Shown: piece after piece, positions 52,101-64,000 of the stretch
Position numbering within the stretch: the stretch's first letter is position 1
How the letters are laid out: the number at the start of each line of letters is the position of its first letter
Assembly: GCA_051294905.1 (NCBI GenBank)
Contig: CM119371.1
Coordinates: forward strand, 21,206,001 to 21,270,000
DNA from: Botryllus schlosseri
Taxonomy: Eukaryota
Length of the DNA stretch: 64,000 bases
Direction: 5' to 3'
Program-made: the position numbers and the translations under genes
Notes under the pieces: model-generated
The model's database searches: none
Seen by the model: the letters and a program-made list of their open reading frames with translations, nothing else
What the model was told of the DNA's origin: nothing

Positions 52101-55100
52101 AACGCAAAATTACATGCCAAATCCGGTTTTTTTTTTAACTACCACACAACGTGCTGGAGCCGATGTGTGCCTGGCTATCCTGTGTTTTGTGGTGGTGTGT
52201 TCATGCTGACTTGCGCAGAGCTCGAAATTAATACCAGCCATCCATGAATTTTTACTCAGCTTAGGCTCAAAAAAGATTTTATTGCAACGAAAGATGAATA
52301 CAGAACATTCATTTGCAGACGAAAATGTGTGAATTTCTAGCTTGCACAATTAAAAAAATTTAAGCTTTTCCAAATAGAAATAAGAACTACAGCTACAAAG
52401 TTGTCATAAATTAGATTCTAATTAGAGCAAAGAAACGTTGCACTAATTGGTGTAGAATTAGAATTATAGCAACACAGTTGTTTTCGCAAATTGATTCTAA
52501 TTAGAGAGAAGAAGCATTTCACAAATTGGTGTAGCAATAGAATTATAGCGACACAGTTGCAACCACAAATCACATTTGAATCAGAGCAAAGAAACAATTA
52601 CAATCCTAGCGACACGGTTGTTTTCACAAATTAGTTTCTAATTGGAGCAAAGAAACATTTCACAAATTGGTATGGAATTAGAATTATAGCGACACAGTTG
52701 CAACCACAAATTACATTTGAATCAAAGCAAAGAAACATTTCACAAATTGGGATCGAATTAGAATCATAGCGACATAGTTGTCATCACAAATTAGATTCTA
52801 ATTGGAGCAAAAAACATTTCAAAAATTGGAGTAGAATTACAATCATAGCAACACAGTTGTTTTCACAAATTAGATTCAAATTAGAGCAAAGAAACATTTC
52901 ACAAATTGGGGTAGAATTACAATCATAGCAACACAGTTGTTTTCATAAATTAGATTCTAATTAGTGCAAAAAACATTTCCCAAATTGGAGTAAAATTAAA
53001 GTCATAGCAACACAGTTGTTATCACAAATTAGATTCTAATTAGTGCAAAAAACATTTCATAAATTGGAGTAGAGTTAGAATCATAGCGACACAATTGTTA
53101 TCACAAATTAGATTCTAATTAGAGCAAAAAACATTTCAAAAATAGGAGTAGAATTACAATCATAGCAACACAGTTATTTTCACAAATTAGACTCTAATTA
53201 ACGCAAAAATATCTCCCAAATTTGAGTAGAATTAGAATCATAGCGACACAGTTGTTATCACAAATTAGATTCTAATTAGAGCAAAAAAACATTTCAAAAA
53301 TTGGAGTAGAATTAGAATTATGGTAACACAGTTGTTTTCACAAATTAGATTCTAATTAGATCCAAAAAATATTTCCCAAATTGGAGTAGAATTATAATTA
53401 TGGTATAGCGACACAGTTGTTATCACAAATTAGATTCGAATCAGAGCAAAGTAACATTTGAAAAATTGAAGTAGAATCAGAATAATTACTGCAGTATATT
53501 TTCTGAATTAGACTAGAATCCAATTAGAGGTAGTTTTTATTTCAAATTAGAGCAGAATTGGAAATATAGCTATACGGTAGTTGTTTTCTAAATTAGATTC
53601 GATTGAGAGCAAAGAAACATTTCACAAATTAGAGTAGCATCATAATTTATAGCTACACAGCTTTTTCCAAATTAGAGTAGAATTAGATTTGTAGCTCGTT
53701 TTTTTTTCGAAATTAGAGTGGGATCAGAATTATAGTAACAGTTTTTTTCAAATTATAGAGTAGAATTAGAACTATAGCTACACTGTTTTTTCCAAATTAA
53801 AGTACAATTAGAATTATAGGTTCAGTTGTTTTCACAAATTAGATTCGAATGAGAGAGACGAAGCACTTCACGAATTAAAGTAGAATTATAATTATAGCTA
53901 GTTTTCTTTTCAAAATTAGAGCATCATCAGAATTTTAGCTACACATTTTTTTCACTCTAATTAGACAACTAGACTAGTACTAGAATTGTATAGTTGTCCA
54001 AGTCAGCAAACGAAATCAAAATAATTACTGGGATTTCTGAAATCTGCTCATAAAACAGAGAAGCTTGTTTAATTGAAACCCAAATTTTTGTCTTCAATCA
54101 GGACATACTGTAAAATTGAGAGTATCTGGAAAACTTTTGGATATGTGGGGTCACAAACATAATAGAGAAGATCCAGCACCATCTCAAATGGTGTCGCTTT
54201 ATTGTGAGACGATCCCTTTATGCGGAAGCCATTCGCCACGATCCATGACTGCAGGTCACCATTTTCATGGTGCGCTAGTACGAGATGTCGAGGACTCAGC
54301 TTTGTGGCCGTTAATTCGACTGAATGGGCCTGGAATTGAAAGAAATATGTTAAGTAAAATTATATTGCCAATAATCCATGTGTGAATTGAAAGCACAAGA
54401 TTTAGATAATGTAGAAATGCCTTTATGGGACTTCTGCATAATGAATATTGAATAAAAATAGAGCGGAATAGGTCAATATAGGTTTTTGTCAATATGGTTT
54501 AACAAGCTTAACTCATGGAAACAAGTGATAGCAAATTCTGTCGTCACGATATGCTGTCTAGTCGTTGACATGTATGGGTTTTTTCCACATAATCATAAGT
54601 TTACTAACCTTTAATGATCCATTCAGATTTGATCAGTATACCATCATACAGGTTCCTTTTGGAACGGCACTCAAGTATTATGTTCACATTCACTGATTCT
54701 ATGCACTATATCCATGGTAGCCATCCTCATGGTCTCGAAGTCAGGAAAACCAAAAATTACATTAGCAGCAGAAATGATTTTCCATGGTTTGGGACAAAAA
54801 CGAATTTGCACCAGCTCTTTCTAACTTAGATTTAGCCTTATCAAAAAGAATGATGTAATTGAAAAGCATTTATTAAACATTTATTTTTGGAGACCTTTTT
54901 CAGTTCGAGTGTTTATTGCACCGCCATAACGTAAACAGCGTCAATCAAAACATAGGCCCACCATATTTTCAGCACCCAAAAACAATTGTGCCACATTTTG
55001 GCGGCACACATCTGAGCTCAACAGACCCGGAATTAGAACACATGTTTGTGGCGCAACTTGGAAATTAACAGACCCCCGAATTAGAACCAACTCAACATGC

Positions 55101-58100
55101 GTTATGGTACTTCTATGTTCATTGTTCACACAGTACCAGGTTAAGGAAGCAGCAAATCCTACAACTCACCTGATAAAGCGTTATCGCTTATCGCGTTATC
55201 GCGTTATCCTGTTGTGATTCTCTTTTCAGTTACTGCATTTCGTAACTCCATCAGGAGTATAACCGCAGCGGGTTCTTTTCCCTACAAATAAATATAAATA
55301 ATGTAGAAGATTTGGTTGAAGGACATTCCACTTATTGCATTCCGGTTGATATGAAGGCAAGAGTTCTGACACAACAATATTTGAAGGGGCACTGCGCTCT
55401 AAAAATGATGTGGTCTCAAATTGAAGGTAAAAACGAACAAAAATTTTTGACCGCGGCCACTCCTTCAGAACGCCACCGTAATGGAGGTGCAATTTATTTA
55501 AATTTCTACAAGACCAGCTGCCCCGGCTACTTAACCCGTTACATGGCACGATATCTTCACCGTCGCACTTGCTCGACGCGATTAGGCAGTCACGCAGAGA
55601 AAGAATTTTAGATAGTTGTCAGCCGATGTTATGAAGGAAATGTGTCTAAGTTTCGTTCTCTGTGTGACCGCCTTATCGCGTCGAGCAAGTGCGACGATGA
55701 AGACATCGTGCCATGTAACGGGTTAAGCAGCCGCGGCAGCTGGTCTTGTAGAAATTTAAATAAATTGCAGCTCCATTACGGTGGCGTTCTGAAGGAAATG
55801 GGTGCGGCCAAAAATTTTTGGTCGTTTTTACCTTCAATTTGAGACCACATCATTTTTAGAGCGCAGTGCCCCTTTAATATATAAAATTGCAACAAAAATA
55901 AACAGGATTATCCCAATTAATAAATTCATTCTAGAATAGTTAAATAATACTAACCTCTTCATCTGTCTCTAGCTCTACTCCAAATATTTCGTCATGAGTA
56001 GGAAGTATTTCGCTTCGACACTCCTCGGAACGAATAATTTGAAACCCCGCTCTGATCTATTACAAAGGCAAAGTGTTACTATAAAAGCAGCTATGTAGTG
56101 AGCTAAGCATGCACATTGTACACACACTTCTATGTGTTATATAGAGGGAACTTGATATGAATATAATAAGATTTATTTCACTGGATAATATTAACAATAA
56201 TTATTATAATAGGTTCATGAATGAAATGTCATGTTTTCAACCAATGAAAATGTCATGTAATTGGAAAAACAAGTGAGTCAACTGCAAAGCAAGATCTATA
56301 TAACTTGGTCAAGAATTCTAGTTGTAAACCCATATTGCATCAAGTTAGAGGATTAACTGACATTCTGAAACTCAGTTTCGATGCTACTGCAAGTTGATCT
56401 AAAAGGCAATCTACCAATATTTCTCACACTGCTGCTTGCTGTAAGAACCCTCTTGACAACATACCGGTAATCATAACCAATCGCATGTTGATATTCTTGA
56501 ACGAATTACCTTCAATTATTAAAGCAATGTGTTCTCTCGTAATGCCGTACGCAATCAACATCTTCTTTATTCCTTCCGCTATGATGAGATTAGCGACACG
56601 TTCATCCACATCCACAAAGTCACTGTACTGCGACCTGTCGCTCCATTTAAATTTGACCCTTTGACCGTGACTGACTTCCCGCCGTTACCAAGAGATGTCA
56701 AGCGAGAATGAGAGAGAGAGAGAGAGAGAGGGATAGCAATAGAGAAATATAGAGATGTTTATTCAGTCAACAGTCAAAAGCAGAATGCACTGATAATAGC
56801 TAGGTAACACTAACGATTACTAAACAACGTACTTCAAAATTACATGGTGATGACAATGATTGATTGATTGATTGATTTCTTCATTGCTATACTGCTGATA
56901 TATCAATGATCAATGATGAGGAAACGCAATACAATGGAAGTCATAGTCAAGTCAGACAATCATGTGGTTGTAACAATGCTATATATAATTGGGTTGAAAT
57001 GATCAATTTCTTCTGCCAGTTTGGTAGGTAAATAAAATGAGAAGAGAAACGTTCACAAAACCTAGTAAATGCAAGAAAGCGACACACTAAAATAATGGAG
57101 CGACATTGATGAAACAGCAGTCCACTTCATGGCTCCTGAGCAATGTGCCCTTTTAGGTACGCATGTGTGCAATTGATTTGAGCTGACACGGTCTCTGCTC
57201 ACATAAATTATAAGTTGCGCACAAAAAATCCGAAGAGATGACCTTTTTTTAGTGGTTACGCACTGTTGTCCAAGGGACCGCGCAGTGAATAGGTGAGCGC
57301 TTGCTGCAGACTCGTCAAAATTAGAGGTAACATTGCTTCTGAGCTATATGTAAACGGGGCTAAAAGCACGCATTACCTACACGAGAGTCGTTATTACCGT
57401 TCAACATCTATTATAGAAATGCTGCATCATTTGAGAATCTATATCTTGCTCCCCTGCAAATAACCCAGCAAACGGAGCCCAGGGTCATTGGGTTTACCGA
57501 TGACGTCATGATCGGCACACGAGTGTACCGTACCTTACCCTGGATGATCTGGTCATTTACCAGTGACATTACGATTACATTTCAGCAGCGTTTCCAGCGT
57601 CGACCTCACAATCCCTCTCAATCTTACTGATCTCACAACTCGTGCGGGGACTTACCGGACTATTAAAATGTATACGTAAACTCTTTCATAGTGATCAAAG
57701 CCGGCGACAGATGATAAGATGAGAGCAGAAGCACATATTTCGTAACTTTATCTGATGAAGTGTGGACTTGCACATATTATGACACCACTTCGGCGAAAGA
57801 TTTGGGTCGACTTGATGTGTTTGTCCCATATTGCATCTTTGAATGCACAATTTTGTGTCTAAATCGATGCTTTCGATTTAGAGTGTAGCTCACTGGTAAA
57901 CGCTGCTATTCGATCCATTATTAGAACAGTTTTGCGGGCTATAAATCTGGTGCTCGCAGGCACCGCGTTGGTGACCCCTGACCTGACAGAATGTGCGGAT
58001 TTACCATAACTATCAATCAAAGTATGCAAAACTACAAAATACACCAAAGAAATTTATCGTTACGAGTAATCGAGTCATTACTCTTCTGCTCTTTTGTGCA

Positions 58101-58196
58101 TATAGTAATATAGGTTTATTATTACAGGCAAATGAAAGAGTTGCGTACGAAGACAAGTACGAACAAGCGTATAACGAATTTTCTGAGAAAATACAG
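31117..58196 (+). CDS. Divergent atlastin/guanylate-binding-protein (GB1/RHD3) large GTPase, multi-exon, 3' part not found in the window
   Basis: Frame-compatible GT-AG exons: 31117-31317 (P-loop SGPARQGKSFL), 36115-36255 (G2 VTTGI), 40137-40292 (G3 LMDTQG, SSVQICN), 45356-45406 (YGELA), 45472-45685 (G4 FLLRD, CLPPPG), 47129-47328 and 58128-58196. A candidate upstream exon at 29655-29705 has a GTAAGT donor. Confidence 0.9.
31735..32060. mobile_element. Foldback-like MITE with ACCGAGAATG / CATTCTCGGT subrepeats
   Basis: Arrays of the same ~10-mer in opposite orientation at the two ends; boundaries approximate. Confidence 0.55.
36841..37095 (+). repeat. End of a TCAAGTCA-rich transposon with a (CACAAGT)n array at about 37010-37093
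   Basis: Starts CAGTGTTGGGATCAAGTCAC; the same end occurs inverted at about 44340-44542; about 12 heptamer copies. Confidence 0.8.
37167..39373. mobile_element. Non-autonomous DNA transposon with ~300-bp imperfect TIRs
   Basis: TAGGGTTGTCCAAAATTTGA... mirrors ...TCAAATTTTGGACAACCCAA; TSD CTGGTCAT/GTGGTCAT (7 of 8 match). Confidence 0.85.
43534..45208. mobile_element. Non-autonomous hAT element with CCCGAACCCGG subterminal repeats
   Basis: TIR CAGAGATGGAAG; perfect TSD TGCTAGTT (43526-43533 and 45209-45216). Confidence 0.92.
50968..51755 (-). mobile_element. Penelope-like retroelement 3' fragment (GIY-YIG endonuclease pseudogene) with inverted ~120-bp segment
   Basis: LYVGRTSQRLLERIKQH and SSIGQHLIDNPSC...STFIKLNNPVLGRQ in shifted frames; 50968-51090 is the inverted copy of about 51635-51755. 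Confidence 0.85.
52380..53960. repeat. ~79-80-bp AT-rich satellite/minisatellite array
   Basis: Unit AAATTAGATTCTAATTAGAGCAAAGAAACATTTCACAAATTGGAGTAGAATTAGAATCATAGCGACACAGTTGTTTTCAC recurs at 52788, 52867, 52947 and 53026 and degenerates rightwards. Confidence 0.95.
55385..55873. mobile_element. Foldback MITE with TTAA target and AGG termini (Kolobok/T2-type)
   Basis: ~230-bp arms AGGGGCACTGCGCTCTAAAAATG... in inverted orientation with a short spacer; flanks TTGA and TTAA. Confidence 0.8.
56710..56730. repeat. (GA)n microsatellite
   Basis: About 10 GA units. Confidence 0.9.
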
Positions 58197-58599
58197 GTCA
58201 GAATATTACAAATCTGTTCATAAATTATAAAAGCTTGCAACACAATTAGAAGGAAACATCCACTAATTGAATTTCTAACCACGAACCATTGCTCGCAATC
58301 AACCATTGGATGATGCAATTTACATATCTACTTTATCTTTGAATACATTTTTGGATGCATGATATTTTTGAATTTTTTGAGATCAGAAACCATCATTCCA
58401 AGATTCATTGCGTCTGACACGAAACCTGGACCTTACATGCTCAAATACAATCCAATTCGTTATTGGTACGCAACAATATATCGATAGATATATTGACGAA
58501 GAGGACGCGAATAAGACCTATAATTGAGATTTTAAGAGTGTCCCGCTATATGGTGTATCGTTCGGACCCTATAAAGTTCACAACCTTAAGTCCCGCCAT

Positions 58600-61500
58600 G
58601 TTGCGGTCGCTGAAATGGCTATATGATTCTCTGTAAGCTGTTTTCCATTCAACTTACAACGCCGCAAAGTCCTATCACTTTACTGATGTAAATATACGCG
58701 ATCTTGAAGTACGGTAGAAACGGTATATTGATCGAAGTTCCAATTGATCAGATTTCCTTATATCCAAATTATAATGTTACACAGCAGTAGCACGAATAAG
58801 ATATTGTCCCAATAAGATCGTTAGCTACAGTGGGGGAACGTCCGATGGGCCAATTACTTTTGATACACCCAGTACCCCAATCACAGCTATATCCAGAATC
58901 TTCCCTCAGATCAGACAAGAAAGTGTCAAGAATACGCCATCTTGCGTATACAAGTATGGCTCCAAAATTATGGAACCCCTTAAGATTACCATAAAATGCC
59001 CGCAGTAACACCCCCCCCCCCAAAAAAAAGTTATCAAATTACAAAGAACTTTTTGCAAATTAAGTAAAATATTAGTCCATTGTGGCTTGCCGTCGGTTGA
59101 ATCACCGCTAAATTCATCTGTAGCCAGAAGCACGACGAATTTGTGGATAGTTCGATAGTACGGTCAGCGATACGTATCCTGGCCTTTCGCGTAAGTCCAT
59201 CCGACGAACTCGAAACCGAGTGTGAGATTCCCAATTTCCGAATTCCCAAGACTTTTGCGGAAAGTCATCATCATGAATAATAACAATATATTTCGACTAA
59301 CTTCTGCAGCGAGAAGCATTGGATAGGTCGTTCCAAAAACTGCACATCACTGATTCTTTTTCCTCACCCATCAACCATCACAGTCCAAAAAGGATCCGCT
59401 TTGTACAATGCACTGCCTTTCTTCACAACATAAACGTTCGACTTCGATGAATATGCGAGACGTTCTATTTCTTCATGAAATAATTCACTTTGCAAGTTTT
59501 TAAAGATGGTCATTCCTGCCTTTGATAACCTTTCAAGAGCGAGAGAACTGTTTATCTTCGCTGATAGCACAGCTGCAGTCATTTCCATCCTTGGAATTGA
59601 AACTTGTTTCAATGGTGCAGCTCTCGATTTTGACATAATGAGAGTGCAATAAGACTTTCCTTTATCATTCGCCAATTGGAGATATGAATAACATTGTCCG
59701 TATTTATACTCGCATGCGTCTGAAAAATGACGAAGCGTTTAACGTTGACAAATTCATCAGATTTCACACACCTTCCGATTTGAACCTTATCCAAATTTGC
59801 ATCAACATGATGGCTCACATTGGCACCGTCGTTACTAGGAGCTCTGTCCATCACATTTTCAATGTTATCCTGTACACTACTCGGTGTCGACTTCCGCATT
59901 CCATTAATTAGTCTTTGCATGTCTCGTTGATGCTGAGCCAACAGGTCGTTGATTTTCTGCTCGTACACCCGTTTCATTTGTTCAACCAGCAGGACAGCTT
60001 CTCTTTCATGAGAGTTCAAATCTTCTAGTACAGCGAACCTATTCCGTCTTTGAGCGGGCTGAGTCGACTTTACTGGTCGTTGCACTCATCCAAATAATCC
60101 TTTGCGTCGTAGCCAGTCTGTGTAACATGATCTTGTATATCCTCGAATGAACAAGAAAATGCTTTCGATTCCTCTTGCCTACGACGAGGCTCAAGATCAC
60201 TCCAAAAATCTTGCAATACAGCAAACGCTCATTGCATGTCCAAATATTCTTTGGAAACATAATCCTGATTGTCCCTATACTCTATCAGGCCATTCAAACA
60301 TTTGCACTCTAGAAATAACCATTTGACACGGAAGTAAAACTCTTGTTTCATGTTTCCAAAAACTTGAGAGGTTCCTTTAGTTCTCCTGCCCGATATCACG
60401 GTGTGGCCATGCTTGTAATCCTCGGCAATGAGTTACGTTATCCTCACCCACCAAAGTAGAATTCCTCGAATCAACATCATTGCGGCCAATGCCAGAATCC
60501 TTAGCAGATTTCTTCCTTTTTTACCAGGATTCAATATGAAAACTAGAGTACACCAACGTACTGTTGTCTTGCACAGAACTGTGTCCCTATTTCAAACATC
60601 AGCATGAAAGAAGCAAGACCTATTACCGGCACCAATCCACACAATATGGAATTGTCCTGTCCTTCTATACCGGTACTCATCCTGTGTTACTATTCCGCTT
60701 CCGGCCGTTCAGTGTATTCCAATACTCCCCCACCAGACCTTTATCTGTATATACTGTTTCGATCGCTGAATTGCCTTAATAATTCTGTATAAGCAGGCCG
60801 TGTTATTTTTGGCATATGCCAAAACTGCCAAAAATAGCTTATTTTTGGCATTTTTCAATTTTTATTTTTGGCAGTTTTGGCATCGACCTCTAAATAGATA
60901 TTTTCAGACTCGAATTAGTCATAAAAACGCTTTATTTGGGTCAGTTTATCAATAGAGACCAAAAAATGTGCAGCTTCCACTTATAATAAGTACCAACAAA
61001 CAATAAGAAGAAGAAAAAACCTAGCGATTACATAGGTTAATAATATCAAACAAAACCACAAAATGTGCAGTATCCATTCGGAATCGGTGCCAATAAAGCA
61101 AAAAGAATGAGAAGCCTAACAAACACGCTCAACTCCTGATTGTTACAGCTGTTGAATAGACTTAAATTGTTTGCACTGTAACAGTGCTTCCAAACTCAGG
61201 TCAGCAAAGTTTCTCCTGAATTAATTTTTCGTCCAACGAATCTGGGAAATATCGGCTTCAACAGTAGCCGTTGAGGGAAAGAATGTTGCCAGTCCTCCAC
61301 AAAAGGTTTTCAAAGCTTCAAAATTTCGTAGGGCAGAACCGGCTTCCAAGCATCATGAAAAGAGATCACTGCGCTAGTGCCATCGATCTCATCGCGGAAA
61401 TAATTTTCTTCCCGATACTTTTCCAGGAGTTCCCTGTGTTGTGTCTCAACACATTCTATTTTGTAGCGCGACCAACCCATCTCCATCAGTCTACCGATAT

Positions 61501-62523
61501 ATTTTAGCAGGACTTTTGTCACGTCAGATGGCTTTAATATTACCAACTCACATGGAAGAGTCCTGGGAAGGTTAGCTTGTTTAAGAACATTAACGCAACA
61601 AGACTGTCTGGCGAAACGAGACTGCAGCTCAGAAATAGCCGGACTGTTTATTGTGTCACAATGCTCAACTCGATCACAATGCAAAAATCTTAGTTGAATT
61701 TGGGGGTTCCAGATGCATGAGCAGAATACAATTTATATTTTAGTAATCAGTACAGCGGCAGATTTCCATTGATACCCGTTTTATCAAATTTAGCGCTCGG
61801 CAAGCCGGTTAAAAATGGCCGTAAAATTGCCTTTGGACAAATGGAAAGTGTGACGTAAACCAAATGCAGTTAGCCGTTCAATCTCGCTGTGCCCACACCA
61901 TTTAGGACACCATGCTTTCTCCCCTAATGGGTGGGCTTGGCCCATAGAGTAAAAAACCTGCCCTTCACACTTGTAATGCGGTCCTGTTAACACAACACCA
62001 TGAAAGAAATACACTATTGGCAGATTGTGTTATTTTTGGCATATGCCAAAAATTAGTTATTTTTGGCATTTTCAAATTTTTATTTTTGGCAGTTTTGGCA
62101 TCTGGCTCCCGAAATGCCAAAAATAACACGGCCTGTGTATAAGCCATCTTTCCTTCAACTTACAGCGCCGCAACGTCCTACAAGTTTCCCGATGTAAATA
62201 TACGGGATCTGGAAGTACGGTAGAAACAGTATATTGCTTGGAGTTCCAATTGATCGAATTTCCTTATATCCAAATTATAATACGACACAACAGTAGCACG
62301 AATAAGATATTGTCCCAATAAGATCGGTATAGATACAGTGGGGGAACGTCCGGTGGGCCAATTACTATTGATACAAACAGTATCTTAATCACAGCTATAT
62401 CCAGAATCTTCCCTTAGACCAGACCAGGATGTTTCATAAAGCATACGTCATCTAGCGAATACAAGTATATGGCTCCTAAATTATTAAATCCCCTAAGATT
62501 AACATGAAATGCCCACAGTAGCA
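58600..62523 (-). mobile_element. Decayed, internally deleted BEL/Pao LTR retrotransposon
   Basis: Minus-strand fragments FSDAC..YG and LIMSKSRAAPLKQVSIPRMEMTAAVL (Pao RNase H region), and DGLTRKARI / RTIHKFVVLL (C-terminus). Direct repeats at about 58640-59010 and 62148-62523 start TGTTAC/TGCTAC on the minus strand. A G-tract PPT abuts 59010. The left limit is approximate. Confidence 0.8.
60794..62135 (-). mobile_element. Deleted hAT transposon with transposase C-terminal remnant, inserted in the retrotransposon LTR
   Basis: TIR CAGGCCGTGTTATTTTTGGCAT; perfect TSD TGTATAAG; minus-strand FCGGLATFFPSTATVEADISQIRWTK*..LSLEALLQCKQ resembles the hAT dimerisation region. Confidence 0.88.
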
Positions 62524-62963
62524 CGCCATTCATTCAGCAAAAATGGCTATTGTACATATGGTATGGAGATATCTTCAGTGGTGATCAAAGCAGTCCAGAT
62601 AGCTACTCATGGAGAAGTAGAAGTAGCCACGCAAAAACCTACTCACATACGGGAAGAAGTAGTACTTTGAAAATTAACCCAAAACTACTTGAAATAGAAG
62701 TAGAACTTACGAAATTTAAATCGACTCAAGTAGGTCAGTAAGTAGTGGTTGAAACAGTCGTACTTCGTTCGCTTAGTTAGACCATTATTTCCCTAACTTT
62801 TTACATAACGCCCATCTGGACAGAAAATGAGGGAGAAATGCCCCATAAACCCCCTCATACTCCCGACAATTTTTGTTCATAGCATATTGCACAGTCACTA
62901 CACTATCGAGTACACTTTTTGTGTTGATATAATTTATTGGCATCCCGATATACATATGTACGC

Positions 62964-63908
62964 CAGGGGTGTCAAACATATGGCCCGCCGACCGTATCCG
63001 GTCCGCGAAGCCATTCTGACTATAAAATGCTTATCAAATACAGCACATTTGTAACAAATGTTGAGATGTTTGAAAGATATAATTGTATTAAATATTCCCC
63101 AAGACAGAAAATGTCGAATATGTTCGCAGGCCAAAACATAATCACCTGACTGCGGCGTTTTGGTTTTACTCTGGTAACCACTTGGAACAAGTCTGAGACA
63201 TTGACATGAAATTCCGAGAGAGATAAAAGTGCACGTTGAGTTTTGTGGTAACATGGAAGAAAAAGTAGTTATTCGCAGAAGTGAAAACGCTAAAGTTGGA
63301 CCTTTATCTGTATAGGCTACATGAAGAATATATTAGTTAGACAAATATAATTCATGTATCTATGGTCGCACTGCTGTGTCGATTCCGATTTAAAAGGTCC
63401 CCGGAATCTAGTGATACACGAATCGTGATTGAATATGTGAGCCAAATTCTAACGTCCTCGTTTACCGATGACTCTCTTGTATTCCTCGTAACTGACACAG
63501 AGGGTTAACGCCAGATTACGACTATTATTGAAGGAGCATAGAAGTAGGCTATGCCGAATGAAATCGTCGTTACCTCCATTGAGAAAGCGGATGATAACTG
63601 TATTCAATTGGCTCGTTATTGTATATTTATCAAATCCATTGTTTGCGTATAAAGTTGTCGCTACTGGCTAGAATAATATCCATGTCAACTGCGATGCAGC
63701 AACATACTATTTTAATAGCATTGAGCCACGGTTCATAATTATAATTACGGTTTATAATTAAAATTATCTATATGTGCCTAATAATATAGTATTCAGATAA
63801 AAATAAAAGGCACAAAGTAACATTTTGAAATCCGTTCACTGGTGTGGCCCGCGGGCAATTTGGAAATTTTAATCCGGCACACGATGTAATTTAAGTTTGA
63901 CACCCCTG
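62964..63908. mobile_element. Non-autonomous hAT element
   Basis: TIR CAGGGGTGTCAAAC; TSD ATGTACGC/GTGTACGC (7 of 8 match). Confidence 0.88.
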
Positions 63909-64000
63909 GTGTACGCTATCTCAGGTTCACGTTTTTGCATGGATTCTATATATGTATCGACTTTCACTTAAAGAAAAAGGGCAAATAATAACATGAAACT

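Larger units (their letters stand above)
50159..57980. mobile_element. Old copy of the 23112-24547 hAT family, expanded by nested insertions
   Basis: Left end CTGGGGTCATCGACCTTTTTGCAACC and right end GTTGGTGACCCCTG match the 23112 element; TSD ACCTAAAA/ACCTGACA (6 of 8 match). Confidence 0.6.

Noticed and set aside
52380..53960. CRISPR array
   Set aside because: Head-to-tail units without unique spacers, eukaryotic intron context and no cas genes.
59609..60085. 158-aa ORF as a host gene
   Set aside because: It lies inside the BEL/Pao remnant and appears to be a deletion-fused gag/pol fragment.

Overview
AT-rich, intron-rich animal (probably invertebrate) genomic DNA, not prokaryotic. The main object is a 17.8-kb near-perfect palindrome (4762-22594; arms 4762-13019 and 13054-22594; 34-bp spacer). 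It starts AGTAGTAG, ends CTACTACT and is flanked by a 6-bp direct repeat (AACCGG), the termini and target-site signature of a Polinton/Maverick, yet no Polinton core gene is visible. Each arm instead carries an intron-containing Mcl-1/A1-like Bcl-2 gene, a multi-exon RI-type LRR gene, an intronless 143-aa ORF and two tRNA-like Pol III units. The arms have decayed reciprocally: the left LRR copy has a nonsense codon, and the right Bcl-2 copy is split by a nested hAT insertion. The rest of the window holds a divergent atlastin/GBP-family GTPase gene (exons 31117-58196, 3' end not found). Its introns and flanks contain many hAT-type non-autonomous elements, a Penelope fragment, a decayed BEL/Pao retrotransposon, a TTAA foldback MITE and a ~79-bp satellite. 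All calls come from reading the sequence by eye; no database search was run.
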